Positions 62,578-64,000 of a stretch of DNA of 64,000 nt are shown here, one piece after another. The position numbers and the translations under genes were made by a program. The notes beneath the pieces were generated by a model. The model searched no databases. It was not told the origin of the DNA and was given only the letters and a program-made list of their open reading frames with translations. This DNA is from Gemmatimonadales bacterium. Its GTDB lineage: Bacteria > Gemmatimonadota > Gemmatimonadetes > Gemmatimonadales > GWC2-71-9. Position 1 is the stretch's first letter; each line of letters opens with the position of its first letter. The stretch covers positions 1,452-65,451 of the forward strand of contig DASYTD010000149.1 in NCBI GenBank assembly GCA_036002655.1. The letters are read 5' to 3'.

Positions 62578-64000
62578 CTATTGGACGGTGAAGTGCATCA
62601 TCATCCCGGCCGAGAGATGCTCCGCGATGTGGCAGTGCAGCATCCAATGCCCCGGGTTGGCGGTGTCGAGCAGAATATCCACCACCGCGCCGGCCGGCAC
62701 CAGCACGGTATCCTTCCACGCCAAGTCCTCGTTTGGAACGCCGTTCACGGCCAACACGAGAAACCGCTGGCCGTGGAGGTGAATCGGATGCTGCATCCCG
62801 TGAAACGCGCGGCGCTCATTGACCAAACGAATTTTTACCGGCTCGCCGCGGGAGAACGTCCAGCTCACGTCCATGTTCTCCTTGCCCGTGGCGGGATCCC
62901 GGAGAACCCAACGCACCTGCCGTCCCGTGGACGCCCAATTCATCATAGGCATTGTGCCGCCCCATTCGACCGGCGCGAAGTAGATCGAGTCGAGCTGCAT
63001 CAGCCGCTCCGTCACGAATGGCAAATCGTGCGTCTCGAGCGTCAGCACCACCGTCTTGTCGGGAGCCTTGTCGAGAAACCGGCGATACGGCTCGAGCGCA
63101 TGAGTCGTCGCGCTGTCGCGGCGCAGCATCGCGAAGTTGGCGCGCAGGTCGTCGCGGACGCGCTCGCGGCCGACAGAAACGACACCGAGCGTGTCGACCT
63201 GCGGAAAGAATCGCCCGAACAAGTGATCCAGCCCGCGCACGTGATTGACGAGCGCGACATTCCCCGGGCGGTCGAATCGCACGTGCACGACGTAGCGCTC
63301 GGCGGGCCCGATCACCACGCTCTCGACCCACGCCTCGCGCTCGAACGGCCCCGCATCCGCCGCCACCACCTTCATGCGCGCACCGCCGAACGACAGGTTG
63401 AGCGTGCGGGTGCTGGATGCGTTCGTGAGATAGAAGCGCACGACTTCGCCGCGACGGACAGCCAGGCGATAGCCCGGTTCGCCATTCACGAGAAACAGGT
63501 TACCGAATCGGCCCATCAAGGCGTGCGTCGGCGAATCCTTGCCGAGTGGGATCAGGCCCGAATCGCCGACGAGGAGATCGTCGAGCAGCAGGACCTCCTC
63601 TCTGTTGGCAGGACCATATTCCGTGCGCACGAGAATATTTCCGTACAGCCCCAGCTCCTGCTGCACGTCCTCGCGCACGTGCGGGTGATACCAGTAGATC
63701 CCGGCGTCGGGGAAACGCACGCGGTAGGTGAAGTCACGACCCTGCTGCACCGCCGTCACGCCATCGAAGGCGTTGTCGAGCCGGATGCCGTGCCAGTGGA
63801 TGGAGGAGGAGTCCGGAAGGGCGTTCGTGAAGCGCACGACGATCTCGGAGCCTTTCGCGACCTCCAGCAGCGGTCCCGGATACTGACCGTTATAGCCGTA
63901 CATCGTGTAGGTGCGTCCGTTCAGCGTGCGGCGGACGAGGCCGGCCTCGAGACGCAGTGTGTCGCCGTCCTTCATGCGCACCACTTCATGAGGACGCGCG
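62578..64000 (-). CDS. multicopper oxidase (N-terminus beyond the right window edge)
   Basis: Copper-site motifs HWHG, WYHPH, HPIHLHG and HCHIAEHLSAGMM. The reading frame stays open upstream of the tracked start (…ARPHEVVRMK) to the window end. Confidence 0.88.
   Translation of the reverse strand, partial: ARPHEVVRMKDGDTLRLEAGLVRRTLNGRTYTMYGYNGQYPGPLLEVAKGSEIVVRFTNALPDSSSIHWHGIRLDNAFDGVTAVQQGRDFTYRVRFPDAGIYWYHPHVREDVQQELGLYGNILVRTEYGPANREEVLLLDDLLVGDSGLIPLGKDSPTHALMGRFGNLFLVNGEPGYRLAVRRGEVVRFYLTNASSTRTLNLSFGGARMKVVAADAGPFEREAWVESVVIGPAERYVVHVRFDRPGNVALVNHVRGLDHLFGRFFPQVDTLGVVSVGRERVRDDLRANFAMLRRDSATTHALEPYRRFLDKAPDKTVVLTLETHDLPFVTERLMQLDSIYFAPVEWGGTMPMMNWASTGRQVRWVLRDPATGKENMDVSWTFSRGEPVKIRLVNERRAFHGMQHPIHLHGQRFLVLAVNGVPNEDLAWKDTVLVPAGAVVDILLDTANPGHWMLHCHIAEHLSAGMMMHFTVQ

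Overview
Very GC-rich bacterial chromosomal segment. All calls come from motif recognition by eye, with no database search. Lineage is unknown. Diderm-type genes combined with Firmicute-like divIVA/ylyA/cdaA synteny would fit Gemmatimonadota, but that is a guess. Almost every gene between 2042 and 59832 is on the minus strand and tightly packed.

Content, left to right:
- asnS 5' end, divergent from a BamB-like propeller gene
- recG, ftsY, a vWA membrane protein, a lone hisA-like gene and an M23 peptidase
- a complete dcw cluster (rsmH, ftsL, ftsI, murE, murF, mraY, murD, ftsW, murG, murC, ftsQ, ftsA, ftsZ) with no mraZ, headed directly by tRNA-Asp
- tRNA-Val, TPR proteins and an HExxH protein
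- a block of about 17 kb and 18 genes (27360-44605), described below
- rluD, lspA, a DksA/TraR-like gene, ileS, PNP, divIVA and yggS
- a DUF2723 gene, cdaA, folP, ftsH, hpt and tilS
- two small plus-strand genes, a palindromic repeat array, tRNA-Met(CAT), an amidohydrolase and a partial multicopper oxidase

The main candidate for an undescribed system is the 27360-44605 block. A CheC/CheD-type chemotaxis operon is split by an embedded MglB-MglA GTPase module. That module carries two extra Roadblock proteins, two PATAN(DUF4388)-TPR paralogues with MshEN-like motifs, and a tandem DnaA-domain-III AAA+ protein whose start overlaps the mglA stop.

Secondary observations:
- dispersed 7-nt and 8-nt G-tract tandem arrays sit inside coding regions
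- an RNA hairpin bridges the ftsW stop and the murG start
- an AT-rich palindromic repeat array lies between convergent genes
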